A stretch of 63,031 nucleotides of DNA, the filler included, from Perkinsus chesapeaki ATCC PRA-425 (taxonomy: Eukaryota; Protista; Perkinsozoa): the NCBI GenBank assembly GCA_013115145.1. It is 6 parts of 6 records of this genome, joined end to end, with 100 filler letters (N's around TTAATTAATTAA, not from the genome) between each part and the next. Parts side by side here need not be neighbours in the genome. Positions count along the whole stretch, not along the records: positions 1 to 18,635 come from JAAPAO010000658.1; positions 18,736 to 37,933 come from JAAPAO010000644.1; 4 more parts are not named here. The stretch is one strand, 5' to 3'. Both the position numbers and the translations under genes were made by a program. Of the stretch, positions 12,601 through 25,407 are shown piece by piece (within the stretch, counting starts at the first letter, position 1; each line of letters opens with the position of its first letter). Below the pieces are notes generated by a model. The model was not told where the DNA came from. It was given only the letters and a program-made list of their open reading frames with translations, and made no database searches.

Positions 12601-14050
12601 GGCGTAGGGATAGTGGGATAGGGAATCTGGAGAAAGATAACACGTGGAATGGAAGCTGATCAAGGGGCTTACGATAGAGGGCTTAGCTTCAACGATGGGG
12701 TGGCGACTTTGAGGGCTGGCGGCGGGCAAGTCGAACTCGACCATGGCTGAGGGACTCGCCCAGATGACTCGATCCTCAGTTGATCGAATCTGACATCAGC
12801 ATTTCGGAGGGAGGCTAGGCAAGCAGGGGAGGGTACATGCAAGGTGAGGCCTTCCAGGGCTGGCCTTGCCACACGGGGGGTCTCGAATAGTAACTAAGCC
12901 AGCAGTAACTGAGGTTTCTGAGGAGAGGGCGTACATGATCTCTTTTAACGACTGAACCGGAGCCGGCCATGGCGAAGAGATGCTCGACGTTAGGGCCACC
13001 AGTGAAGCCATATCTAAAGGAGGTACTTTAAGAGGCAGTGAAACAGCTGGATAGGTACAGAAGGTGGGCCTGCTGTATAAGACAACATAGCGATTGAGGG
13101 GGACCAGAGCGAGGCCGACAGATACGAACAGCGGTGATAGCAGACTGGTTGCTCGACCAAGTTGGCAGCTCTGAGACCAAGGCTTTTTTGCATTCTAGGG
13201 CATTTGTTGCTACTACCCATGAGCTGCTTGAAAGTAACCTCTCTTCCATGAGCGACTTTAAGCAAGAAGAACACTCCGGCTCGCGTGCCGACAACCACGT
13301 CCCCTGTACCTTAGGGATGACCAAGTCTGGCAGGCTACAGAGAATACCGCCTACTTGTCTGAGTGAGAGCACCCTCGCCTGTTATCGACCCCTCAGGCCA
13401 CTCCACACACTCTATCTGATGCCCTCGCAGCCTGACATAGAGATAAGGTACGTTAGGCGATCTCTGGGAGGGCCGACCTGACTAGCTCCACGGCGGACGA
13501 ACTATCGAAGCTAACGTAATAGTTGTAGTTGTTGGCTGTAGCGATGATGCAGTGGAAGGCTGATACAGGATCGAGAAACATGGCACATACATTAGCAAAG
13601 GAAGATGGGGCGCCTGAGGAGAGGGGGATCCAAGGACGGTGACAGGGGCGGACTGCAGAGGACTGACTTCGTTGGCCAGCCATCGCAGAGGGCTGTGGCA
13701 GCTGAATCTGCTCTACTTGATTGTCGTCCGGGTACCATCGGTAGACTGAGCCTGATGATAGGGGAGATGGGAGCCCTCGTGAGGGATGAGCTTACTCCTG
13801 TGGGTTCCTGTAGCGTAATAGACGCATCGGTTGGCAACAGCAGCAGTAACTATAGTAGTCGAGGCTGTGGTCTGGAGGAGGCTATCCGATCGTAGCAGCT
13901 TGACCGATAGAGCGGGGCCACCATGGCCTGGACAGAGGATCGCACCGGTGGCCGATGTACCGGAGCAGCAGCTCACCTGTACACTCCCGAGAGAGAGCGG
14001 CCTCCAAGGAGGGGAACAGAGAAGACTCGTCTCGCTCTCGCATCTCCATG
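9656..14050 (-). CDS. VPS18: Vacuolar protein sorting 18 / Pep3 (HOPS/CORVET subunit)
   Basis: Pep3-like QVWRQLVSQKRFTEALK...SFEEVCLAFI. C-terminal RING-H2 (CDLC...RPFYAFLCGHAMHKDCL) and terminal CFICG...PFIDP. 5' end approximate. Confidence 0.85.
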
Positions 14051-14165
14051 GACCGATTTAAAAACGCTAAACCACTTAGTACGGACTATGGAACCCAACG
14101 CAGATGCACATGTGAGAATAACATTTGGAACCCAGTCATGACAGCGGCGTGTACTGCTTCTGCAT

Positions 14166-17100
14166 TTACCCGACGAAACCGCTAGAGAAGGTCTTACTGA
14201 GGGGGGACGGCCTTGCCCTTCTTCGCTGGGCTGCTGCTGTTGCCACTGGCCCTCCGAGCCTGGTCATGGTGGTGTTCCTCATTGCACCTGTCTGCTTAAC
14301 ACTCTCCTCCACCCATCTAGCCTGCTCGCTACCATCTGCTGCTGCCGCCCTTCTAGCGGCCCTTATAATCGATGGTGCATCGCGAGGCACAACTCGCAGT
14401 GGCGGTCGGGTGGGCCTGATCGCTGTCTACCCCCTCTCACACTCTCTCGATACCTACCCTATCGAGGCTGCTGCTGGTGATGCAGCTCCATGTGTGATGA
14501 CCATTGGAGGCCTTCGACGCTCCCTTCTGCCAGGAGATTCCGCAGCTGTTGTCGGAACCGACACCAACCTATCATCAACGCTTGAAGGGAATGACCACAT
14601 CCCTATGGACCTGTTCATGAAGCCCGTCGGTGACTCGGCTGGGCTACGAGGTGATGGACTCCTCAAACGATGAGCCCTCATTGGTGAACCTCCGATAGAG
14701 GAGGGCTGACAGCAGCCATACAGAGTTGGCTTGTAATGGTGATTTTCATCCCGAGATACCTTGTATCTAGGAGACGGTGAGTTGGACCTGCTGCCCTCGA
14801 ATAGTATTCTTGCCCACGTAGGACCCGGGGAGTGGGACGGTAGGGCCTGCACACACCTGGCTTGAAGCCTCAGCGTGCCGGTAACGAAAGTAAAAGGAGA
14901 GACGGGAAGCGAATGCGTGAGGAGGTAGGACCGGAGGGAATATTGGTCGGCGTCGATCGTCATCGTCACGGTCCTCCTCGGATTCGCTGCCACTCGATAA
15001 GTAGGAAACTCCGTGTTTAAGGTCCACGAGCAAGCTCTTGAGCAGCCGAGCTCGGGCCTCGGCACGCTGGTACTGCCGTCGACTAGCCTCCATCGATGCT
15101 GATCCTGTAGGGGCTTGGTAGCCTGAAGGTCCAAAGGTATGAACTGAGCAGCAGCATCATCATGCTAACCCAGGCTGAAGGGATTCACCGCAATATCAGG
15201 CGAACGAGGGGCGCGGACTGGTGGATAGTCGAACCGTTGACGGAATACATCTGACAATAACTTTTAGAAGCTTCCCATGCGAGGTAGGCAACTCATTCTG
15301 GACCGACGCCTCCGTCTGTGCTGACCGGATGAAGCATCCCGGAAATGGCTGCTGCCGAGTCGACTACTCGATGAGAACTGTAGCTGAGGAGGTCCTGTTA
15401 GAGCCAGGTAAGCCGGTGAAACCGACATCCTTATCTATCTGGGAGCTGGACTCCAAGTCATCAATACTTTTAATCATGTCGGGGGAGGAAGGAAAAGGAC
15501 TCAATGGCCCGTCTAAGGATCCCTGTAACACGAAGAGTGTCCCCCTGAAATGGTAGAAAGCGACCTACTAAGGGATCTTGGTCAGCGGCCTCTGCTAGGG
15601 CATGCTGCGCAGTATCTGCTGACAGCTGCGGCCTGTTCTAGTCCGTTGGCCTGCTCACCGGCCCTCTTGGCGGTGGAGGCTGTCCGGATAGACTCCCGAG
15701 CATGACGGATTTTGGAGTCGAAATATAGCATTTGCCGTCTAGAGGTATGTATTGCAGCCTCGGCTCGAACCCGATACCTTCCGCATGAAATATCAACAAC
15801 TTACCACTCCACCAAACCGTCTCACGGAACATTGATTCCATCCAAGAGCAGCCTGACATCGTCATCACTCTGGTCAGATGTGCTCAACAACTGAGCCACA
15901 GTCTCCTTCTGAGAATGAGTCAGCTCCTGCTCCTTCAGCCTGGCCAGCTCCCCCAGCTGCACTCGAACGGCCTCCAACTTCTGCTGTAGCGCCGCCATTC
16001 GCAGACATCTCTACAGAGACATAATGCAATCCCTCCATTCCTCCTCCTCCTCCTGCTGCTGCTGTTGTTACCTCTTCGTTCTCCTTCCTAAGTATCATGA
16101 TTTCCTCCTTATATGGCCTCACCAGCTCAGCTCGTTTACGATCCCGGAAGGCCGTGGGTATATTAGACGTCGAATCTGACTTGCCAATCTCATAGCCTTC
16201 ACAACCCCAGCTGTAGCACCCAGCAGCTTATGTCTTATCTTCTCCAGCTTAGCCTTCTCTGCTGTACTTGTTCGCCTCCTCCTCGTTACCGTCCAATCAT
16301 GCTCCTCCTCGTTACCCTCCCCCTCTGTTTGAGACATCTCATCCCGCAACTCCGGCACCGGCAGACACAGCCGGTCGTCCTCTTGCTGCTGCTGCTGTTC
16401 GGGCTCCTCCTCCTCCTTCTCTGAGGGCTCCCGTGGTTCCGCCCGGACCTGTGACGCTGTGACGAGACCAACCAGCAGCAGGTGGCCCAACATGGATGTA
16501 GCTCAGGAGGTCTCCCACAGTAGCGGTCTCTTCCCCGCCATCCCCAATGAGCGCCAATATCCGTGCGCTGAAGTAGTCTAGGAAGTCCGGCACACCTTCC
16601 TCCTTCCCCGCCGATGCCGCCAAGTACCGAGCCAGTCCTGATGCGCTGTGAGATCTCCCCGGTTCATTTCCACCACCTTGCTTGGTGACCTTCGATCCCT
16701 CGGCAAAGGCCTCAGAGATAGAGCCCGACCGGCTGAGTATGAAGCTTTTAAGAGCGTCCACTTCCCCAACGGATGCCTCATCTGAGCAACCCCTTCGGTG
16801 CATCTACCTCCTTCAAGCACTACCACCGCACTCCAGACCATACCGCAGCCTGTACATGTTGAGCTCCTCCTTCTCCCTCTGGGCTACCTTCTCATGCATA
16901 GCCACCAGACTAGGCCGACGAGATGCTACATTAGGCGCTCAATGCAGCTATGGTCCTGCGAGTAGGCTCCTACCCCCACATGACTGGCATTGTACCCCTT
17001 CCTCTACAGTCTCCACCTCCTCAACTACCTCAGCATCTCTCACCTGACCCAACTGCGCCCACCACCACTGCACCATCTCCACAGTACTGCTAATTCCTCC

Positions 17101-18292
17101 CTCAGAGCGTTCAACTGCTTCTGGACATCATCCTGTTCTTGCTGCAGTCGCCTCGCCTGCATATCCCCTCTGGCTAAGCCCCCCCTGCCCTCCTCCCTAG
17201 TACCTTAGTCTCAGCCGCCCCCTCCAACTGCCGTGTCCTCTCCTCGAGCTCACATCGCATAGCTTCGCGCTCCTTGCTGAGCTGGGCTTCGCATTCCTCT
17301 AGTATTTTAGCTTTGACTGAGGCCTCGTCCACCACGGGCGGCGCTGGAATAGATGATTTCTGCTCAGCGGCCTCCAACCTCGCTTGAAGCTTGGATATCT
17401 CCTGGTCTCCTACGTCCGCTCCAAATCATGGGGACAATTGCACAATGGTCACGTACTTTCGGCCACTTCACTCCGCAACGTTGATACTTCTACCGAAAGC
17501 AGTTCCTGTCCAGCGACGACCTGCGACTTCACCTCCGCCACGACACTCTGTAGAGTCTCTTTTTCAGCGTCCTGCAATGCGGAGCGACCATAGCTTCCGT
17601 ATACGCGGGTACCCATCGAGCCTGCTCTCGCTGTAGCTCTCTTTTCTGGCATTCTATCTCAGCGTCAGCTTCAGTGAGCTTCCCTTTCAAGTCCGCCACA
17701 AGCTCCTTCAACTCCAACAGGGCTGCTTGGTTTGCCGAGCCCTCCTCAGGCTGAATTACGCAAGGTAAAGGAAGTGATATGACAATGAACCTTTCAGGTT
17801 TGTAACATTACCTCTGCTTTCTCTAAATGGTGCTTAAAGTTCAATCTCTCGCTCAGTGCTTCTATCTCTCCCGGAGGCATCAGCTCCAGCACTTTATCAA
17901 CCTACTCCCTAAGAGTCCCTCGCCCCACCGAAAGGTCCACTAACTATAACATTCCACTTCACAAGGTGCTCCGACACAAGTGCCCGTAGACAATTGGCGG
18001 CAATCTCCTCGGGAGTCCTCGGCGTCGTTACACCCTCCTAAGCTGGTCTTTCCTACGCCTCTGGCCGCCTCCTTTACCTCCTGTATTTGTGCCCTCAACT
18101 GTGATAGTGTAATTAGGAGCCTCTCAGTGGCCCTAGCTATGGCTTCCTTGACCAAGTCCCTAGTCGCTGGTTCAAGGACGCTGAGGATCTGTCCAGTAGG
18201 TGGACTGCGGTGATGTCAATGAGATGGGTGCGTACGTCATAGAAGTAGACTTCTGTATTCTCTAGCCTTTTAAGAACCTCATCAACAGTCCA
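14166..18292 (-). CDS. Large multi-exon coiled-coil / low-complexity hypothetical protein
   Basis: Successive E/K/Q/R-rich heptad-like exons (e.g. ELKELVADLKGKLTEADAEIECQKRELQREQ) with GT-AG junctions. Ends approximate. Confidence 0.55.
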
Positions 18293-18442
18293 TCCACTTA
18301 GAGGCAGCTTTATCAAACCAACACAGTGTGAGCCGTCATCAGCCAGAGGGATACCCTTGCCTGCCGAATGAACTCTGGACTGAAATATAGTCCTGTTCCG
18401 CCTGCCCTATTGCTTTGGCGAGACTTGACACCACGATATAAC

Positions 18443-18635
18443 TTCCTAGTGCATTCGGCCTCTACAGGTTCCTAGTGCATTCGGCCTCTACAGGTTCCTA
18501 GTGCATTAGGCCTCTACAGGTTCCTTGTGCATTCGGCCTCTACAGGTTCCTAGTGCATTCGCCCTCTACAGGTTCCTAGTGCATTCGCCCTCTACAGGTT
18601 CCTAGTGCATTCGCCCTCTACAGGTTCCTAGTGCA
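18443..18635. repeat. 26-bp minisatellite (GCATTCGGCCTCTACAGGTTCCTAGT), about 7.4 copies, truncated by the gap
   Basis: Period of 26 read directly (unit starts 18451, 18477, 18503...); few substitutions. Confidence 0.95.
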
Positions 18636-18735
18636 NNNNNNNNNNNNNNNNNNNNNNNNNNNNNNNNNNNNNNNNNNNNTTAATTAATTAANNNNNNNNN
18701 NNNNNNNNNNNNNNNNNNNNNNNNNNNNNNNNNNN
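18636..18735. other. Artificial contig linker (N + TTAATTAATTAA + N)
   Basis: 100-bp block carrying a six-frame stop linker at 18680-18691. Confidence 0.98.
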
Positions 18736-18865
18736 CCCTCCTTGCTTCCCTCTCGACGTACTGCTCCTCCAGCATTTGCAGCTCGATGTGGTTCATACAC
18801 ATTTTGTTAGTCAAAATAAAAACCGTTGTATGGTATTTATCATACTGCGCCATCACGTACATGAA

Positions 18866-18935
18866 ACGGCCGCGGTCGCGAGACGGGCGCAGCGCTTACG
18901 ACGGCAGCGGTCGCGATGTGGGCGCAGCGCTTACG
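18866..18935. repeat. Two tandem GC-rich 35-bp direct repeats
   Basis: ACGGCCGCGGTCGCGAGACGGGCGCAGCGCTTACG followed by ACGGCAGCGGTCGCGATGTGGGCGCAGCGCTTACG. Confidence 0.9.
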
Positions 18936-19587
18936 ACCGCTGCTCTGCGCAGCCAGCCAGCCAGGCGCCGCCGGCGCCGACAGACATTTGCCAACCTCGA
19001 GATGTAGGTCTACCCATCCTCAGTTATGGGGCATGTATTATATGTACATCACGTAAGAGCTGGGACCCATAATCCTGCCAACTTGGTACCCTACCAAGTC
19101 TTGGTAAACCTTTTACAGAAACTTGGAGATTCCAAGCCGGAAGACTCTTCCGGTATTTACTTGATGAGCCTGATTCCACTTCCGGAGCGGCTCCGTGTAG
19201 TTTTTTCCCCTCCGGCGGAGCCGCTTTGTTTCTTGCGCTCTATAGCCTATAGACTGTAGGTCGCACTAGAGGCAGGTACAGACCTCGAGACTACCAGGGG
19301 ATGTGTAGCCGATTAATTCTGATACTTTTGTCACATGATGATCTCGTTGATCTAACGCTCCACCAAAAAGTTACAGGGCATATGCGGTAAATCTTAATTC
19401 TTTATTGTCCCATCATTCGACACTCATCCTGATTCGTAATGCCACTTTGTCTCCAAAACGTATTGCTAAAATGATCTTAGTAATAACTCACCGTGTGACC
19501 TATACACGGGGTTTCGACAGATTGTTGAAACGCCAGAGTCGAGCTAGCTGGGGAAGTGTCATAGTATCCAGTTCGTGTCTTTACTGT

Positions 19588-20442
19588 ATGTTTTTCTCCC
19601 GTACCATCGTAGCCCTTCTCGGCCTTTGTGCCATGCAAGCGGAGGCTGGCAGGCGCCTGGAGGCCAGATTCACTGTACAGAACGCGGACTCCTCGGAACC
19701 TGAGCAGTTCATTGTTGAAGCTCGTGAGGATTGGGCTCCTAACGGGTACTAAAGGGCAGGAATCAGGGCTGGGAGAGCAAGGCTCCTTTTGACTTCCGCG
19801 GATTTCTTGTTATTTTCAAGTTCATCGTCTCTCCCAGGTATAACCGTTTCAAGGAGCTTGTCGCTGATGACTACTATGAAGGTGCTCGAATTTTTAGAGT
19901 TGTTAAGGACTTGTACGCAGCTATCCATTATGATAAACGAAAAGGTTTCTTGTTCAGTGTCGCCCAATGGGGCATGCCTGCTGATCCCGCTGATGCGGAC
20001 AAGTACCAGGCCATTCAAGATGATAAGGTTGTCGGGCACAATGATAGAGGTATCATCACCTTCGCCGCGACATCCATGAAGAACTCGCGTACCACTCAAT
20101 TGTTCGTCAACGTAAGTAGAAGAGAAAGTGGCCCTGTCGGCCCACCGTCTTCTCTTCAGCTGAAGGATAATCATTTTTTGGACGGCATGGGATTCGCCCC
20201 AGTTGCCAAGGTTGTACATGGGATGGATGTTGTCGATCGTGCCACTACAGAATATGGGGAACGTCCCAACCAAGGTGCAACATCGCTGACTGGTGGCCAT
20301 ACACCTTGCTTCTTGATTGGTAGGCATGATCCGCTCTGAGGGAGAGAAGTACCTCGCTAAGGAATTCCCGAGGCTAACCAAAATTTTAAAGACTGAAATT
20401 GTTGGCGAATACGACGGGGAAGAGGTAGAAGCATTGGTCTAG
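19588..20442 (+). CDS. Secreted cyclophilin-type peptidyl-prolyl isomerase, copy 1
   Basis: Signal peptide MFFSRTIVALLGLCAMQAEA. Five exons give DWAPNG, IFRVVKDFVAQWG, RGIITFA, SRTTQLFVN, FLDGMGFAP and EGEKYLAKEFP. Confidence 0.9.
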
Positions 20443-20658
20443 TCCCGGAGCAATTCTATAATTTGTTCTCAGGAGGCTGAGCTATAGGCTAGAGTCTACG
20501 GCACTTGAGCGTTGTGTATTCGGTGAAGTCGGGTATACCCTCAATCTCAAGTTGAGAGATTGTATGGATTTCTCCCTTTTCTACGGCTAATACGTTGAGT
20601 TTGAGTATTTGTCCCGAGATGGACCTACACTATTTCCCGGCAGCTGATATTTGAAATC

Positions 20659-21997
20659 ATGTGGTGGGCGGGAAGGTTCTTGGTATTCTGTTGTTGTTTG
20701 TGGCTAGCTGTTGCTGGGGAGGGCAGCCGTCGGTTCCAGGCTAAGTTGTATCTTAGCAATGTGGCCACTGGCGCGGAAGATGAAGTCCTTATAGAGGCAT
20801 ACGAGGCCTGGGCGCCGAAAGGGTGAGGCGCTGCCTAGGTGTCGCGCTGACACTGTTGGTCTGGCGATAGTACACCGTAGGATCTATTCGAAACCTTCGT
20901 ATGTTAGATACGCTCGGCTGAAGGAGATTCTGGAGAACGGTTATTATGACGGAGCTCGCTTTTTCAGAGTTGTTAAAGGCTTGTAACAATGGGTTCGGTG
21001 TTGAGTAAGTGGATTCCCTGTTCCTCAGTGTGGCACAGTGGGGCCTTCCAGCAGACCCCGCAAAGCGACAGAAGTTCCCTCCTATCGATGATGACCGCGT
21101 TGTGGAGCACAATACCAAGGGGACTATCACTTTCGCATCGGCCGGTCCCAACAGGCGAACAACTCAAATGTTTATTAACGTAGCCTTCGCTGGCTAGATG
21201 GGACGATGTGCTTTCCTTCAGCTTGTCAATAATGAATTCCTCGATACCAGCGGATTCTCCCCAGTCGCCAAGGTTCTTTCTGGTATGGACGCCGTCGAAC
21301 GCATTTACTCCGAGTATGGCGAGAGTCCCGATCAAGGTACGGTGTGGGGGATTACGGAACAGGTTCCTCGGTTCGCTGTTGATTTCCTCCCCCGCACCTC
21401 ACGCACGCACGTGTTGGTTTACTACGCAAACTGCATTATTATATTTACTAGAACACCCTACGGTGCAGGAATGGCTTCACCACCTGGCTTTCTGGATGGA
21501 TGTTTGGCCGGTCTGTTTCCCACTATACATGGGGAGTTGGTAACAGTGTGGTGATGGCCATTCGATGTTTTCAGGTGCGATTCAAAGAGAAGGCGAAGAT
21601 TACCTACAGAAGAACTTCCCAAAACTTACTAAGATCCGCAAGGCTGAGATAATATCCGAGGTCGACGATGTAGCTATTTCCTGGCGCGCGACGCTGACCT
21701 CCACGTAGCTCATTCAGAATGAAGAGCTGGTGCCTCGTCCCCCGACGAAGAGTATTGACGATAAGGCCGTCATGAAAATCCCAGAGCAGCCCGCGGAGTT
21801 TCTGCCGGTCTCCGGGAAGTCCAAGCCTCCGGTTACCAAGAACCTGGTGCGCATTTGCTTTGCATCCAAGTGGATGGTTTTTTCAGGGAACTGCGATCGG
21901 TGTGCTGCTCATTGCGGCGTTCATAGTGGTGCTTCTATCAAAGGCTAGGACAGCGCTCCTCTACAGGCCCGTGGTGACAGGCGATCGAGCAGAGTAA
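20659..21997 (+). CDS. Cyclophilin-type PPIase, copy 2, with predicted C-terminal transmembrane tail
   Basis: Same motifs and the same four intron positions as copy 1. Two further GT-AG introns extend it through a Pro-rich linker to GTAIGVLLIAAFIVVLLS...RAE*. Start codon uncertain. Confidence 0.8.
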
Positions 21998-22081
21998 TGT
22001 AACTGTGAACATTCATCTTTTATTGGTTTCTCATCACAAATGTTTCGTTGAAGCTGATGCTCACCGGTTGCAGACTTTATC

Positions 22082-23788
22082 ATGCTCATGCCTGCGTCGG
22101 GGACTCGGGAAGACCAAAACCACCAGTTGGTGCCGACCACGCGCCAAGCGGTTCGGAAAAGTGTTAAGCGGAACGCACTGCGAGTAGTACTGGGGAGGAT
22201 GATGCTGTGGAGCGGTTTCATGGCAAGGATACTGAAGCGAAACGAGCTGCCAAGGTTCGGCGGCGAGAGGTCAAGCGAGGTCTAAAGGTTGTGGAGGATT
22301 CCCAGTCTAAAGGACCGGACCTTACAGTGTGGGAGGTACTAAGGGAATCTGGAATTACTCTACGAAGATAAGATGGCTGAGTTGACAAGTGAGGGGTGTG
22401 TGTTACGGGAATAAGCGCCGTGCTCTACGAATTCGGAGCAGTAGTAGCGGTTATGGTAGAGAGCAGTGGGGTCCGTGTACCCGACGAAAACAGGTTCTTC
22501 GATCTGGGCCAGTGCCCCTTGAGAGGGGTATAGAAATTTTTATTGAACTGCATTCACGACAATACCTGTCTCCAGTGTGACCGCGAGTACTCATGAATGC
22601 AGCCTTTCGTGCACCAATTCCGAGCCTTCTTAGCTGATCGTTTTCGTTTTGTGGTAGATGATGCGGCATGAGGTATCCCTTATGGAGAGCGGAGCCGTCG
22701 ACGAGTTTGCCGGTATTGGTATCGCCAATTCTACCAAGGTGACCCCCAATACCCAGTTCTCTACGGGCAGCGTTCTCCGAGCCCTGCAGGACATGACCAC
22801 GGGCTGCGAGGCTGAGCATTGGCTAGAGGTGTCAGTAAACATTGCAATGGGATCATCGGTTCTATCATCAGGTTGGGTGCATATCTACTCAAGTATGCCC
22901 ATTGTTGGCCAAGGCCGCTGAGCTCTTTGCCATGGACGTCACCGCTCGAGCGTAAGTCCTTGTATTCAACAACTCTAGTCATGACAATTCACGTGCACTA
23001 ATAACAAGTTGCGCGAACTAGGCTACGGTTACGCTAATGTGCCGTACCAACGTAACTTTTACTCTTGTACGGGCCTGGGGTTCCATACACTCGCGGACTT
23101 CATTAGAGCGAATGACTTGGTTAGTCTCACCAGTGCCTTAACTCGTCTCGTGGGTCACCATTTGGACTACCGCCGTGTGCAGAATGGCAGTAGCTACTCA
23201 ATCCGATTTCACCGATGAGCGCCGACTGTCGGTCGAAGGGAAGTGTTTGGTAGCAAGGCTCCGTGACTAAATGGATCGACATGATTCCTCCATATTCAAC
23301 CGGTCCAGTAGCTTGCTCACATTTCTCTCTTAGGTTCATGGCGTCCGAGATGGCATTTATAGAGCCTGTGGTACCCCGCGCTCGTCGGCGGCTTATGTCT
23401 TTCGATCTCACCGATGCACTTGGTACCGCTCTTTTATCCCATCATAGCCATCGCCATCGATCAGGCCGCTCCCCAGCGTTTGATTTCCTAGTAGATGTCC
23501 TCCCAGCTAACCCTATCACTGCAGTTCGGCGAGTTCATGCACGGGAATGCCCTTCGCCGCCCAAGCCTGCCGAGGTTGCCGTGGTAAGCTGGACGCTTCA
23601 ACGGCCAATAGTAAATTTGCCCTCAGCCCTCGGAGCTGTTAATGTCCTCATCCAGTGAGGAAAGCAGCGAAGATGAGCCCTCCAGCGAGGACGAGCAGCA
23701 GAACGACAGTGGCTCGGCTTCGTCCGAAGAAGATGGCATTGTTTTCGATGACACCGATGCCGAGCTAGAACAGGCCCTCGCTAACTGA
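22082..23788 (+). CDS. Hypothetical multi-exon protein with basic N-terminus and acidic Ser/Glu/Asp tail
   Basis: Chain of short exons ending SSSEESSEDEPSSEDEQ...LEQALAN*. No family recognised. Confidence 0.5.
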
Positions 23789-23912
23789 TGATAATGCATG
23801 GAGCGACAGTTTCCTAATTCAGCTCCGACGGTGTGGTTGTGTGTGGCGGGGGAAGGTGTTGCTGGCAGCTTGTCAGAGCCTTTGTGGGCCCCACGTATTC
23901 ATATACTGTAAC

Positions 23913-25407
23913 ATGCTCTCGACGTCTGACCGAGAGAATCAGCCGACGATTCCCTCCTCCCCAGAGGTCTCTGCCGCCAGCCAGCACGGAGATGGCGAGC
24001 CGCCATTGAAACGCTTCAAGCCCAAGAAGGCCGACTTCAGGCAGCGAGTAAGCTTGGCATTTGCGTAGACGACAGAACCTATTTTTTAGGCGCACTGTAA
24101 CCCCCTCAGTGATCCTCTGATCGCCTATCCAGTCTCCCCTCGCCACGTCGATTGGTCGATGCACTTTCCGAAGTACTTCTCCACCGACCGAAGTCAAGAG
24201 GAATGCGAACAGGCGATATTTTGCAACACCAAGGACCATCCGATCCAATACGACTCGGCGAAGATCTACGACCATCCTAATCGCAGCAACTTCATTCTCG
24301 ATATAGGCTGCGGCTTCGGAGGCCTCCTGGTATCCCTCGGCCCACTGTTCCCTAATAACCTTATAATGGGTATGGAGATCCGAGAGCAAGTGACGAACTA
24401 TGTGGGAGAGCGCATCCGGAGCATGAGGCTGTCTGATGCGGCTTATAAGGGTGACAACATCGCGGTCATTCGCACCAATGCGATGAAGTTCCTGGCGAAC
24501 TACTTCCCCAAGGCCTCCTGTGACAAGATGTTCTTCTGTTTCCCTGATCCTCATTTCAAGAAGCACAACTGGCGTCGGAGGATTATTAACGATCCTCTTA
24601 TGAGCCTTTACGCTTATGTCCTGAAGCCAGGTGAGGGCTCGTCATATTGTCCGCGAACAGTGGTGTAGTAGGATACGTTATTGTAATAAAATGATGAAAA
24701 AAATATAAAATAGTAGTACGATGATGAGTAATAAGAGTAACCCAGTAATTGTGATAGTATACAGCACCAATCCGGAATTAGTCGCTCGTAGCGGTCACTT
24801 GCTCGCGGAATCCAAGTCTTCTAATACGCATTTTCTATCAACAACTTGTTGGTTCCCACTGATGGTGGTGATTCGCATCGAGTATCTTCAGGTGGATTGC
24901 TATACACAGTAACTGATGTTGAGGATCTTCACATATGGATGAGAGACTGTGGTGAACGTCAACATGAACTATTCGAGCGTGTTAGTGATGCAGAACTGGT
25001 GAGAACTCTCTTCAATTGCGTTTTCTTATGGGACCTGAGATCGAGCTGGGCAGATCTGCCCAACTGTCCTCACTTCTCGGCACCATCCTGTGCCGCTATA
25101 TGATTATGCGTGCTGAAATTGCACGTCGCTCTTTACACTCCCATTTTCTCAGGCCGGAGACCCCTGTATCAAGTGTATCGAAAACGACACCGAGGAAGGG
25201 AAAAAAGTACGTCACTCCCCAACTTCTTAGTCAGGCTTCGGTCCCCAGGTCAAGCGAGCCGGCAAGCCGTGCTACACCGCTGTGTTCCGGCGTCGTTGCG
25301 ATCCACCCTCGCTCATCGACCAGGCAGCTTCCTACCACCGGTTTCTCGAGGAGGCCGCGGCCCGGCAGGCCGCTGCTGCCGTGGCTGCTGGGGCACTTGG
25401 GCTTTAA
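23913..25407 (+). CDS. TRM8: tRNA (guanine-N7)-methyltransferase
   Basis: FRQR|AHCNP, LDIGCGFGGLL, GMEIR, RTNAMKFL, KMFFCFPDPHFKK, RRRII, YTVTDVEDLHIWM and TEEGKK motifs. Confidence 0.95.

Noticed and set aside
18443-18635. 26-bp repeat as a CRISPR array
   Set aside because: Repeats are directly tandem with no unique spacers, there are no cas genes, and the context is eukaryotic.
18680-18691. TTAATTAATTAA motif repeated five times in the window
   Set aside because: Artificial six-frame-stop linker inside 100-bp N blocks; ORFs ending in XXX-LIN are artefacts.
19749-20381. 210-aa minus-strand ORF and similar long antisense ORFs (e.g. 23814-24566, 14125-14673)
   Set aside because: Shadow frames opposite well-supported spliced genes.
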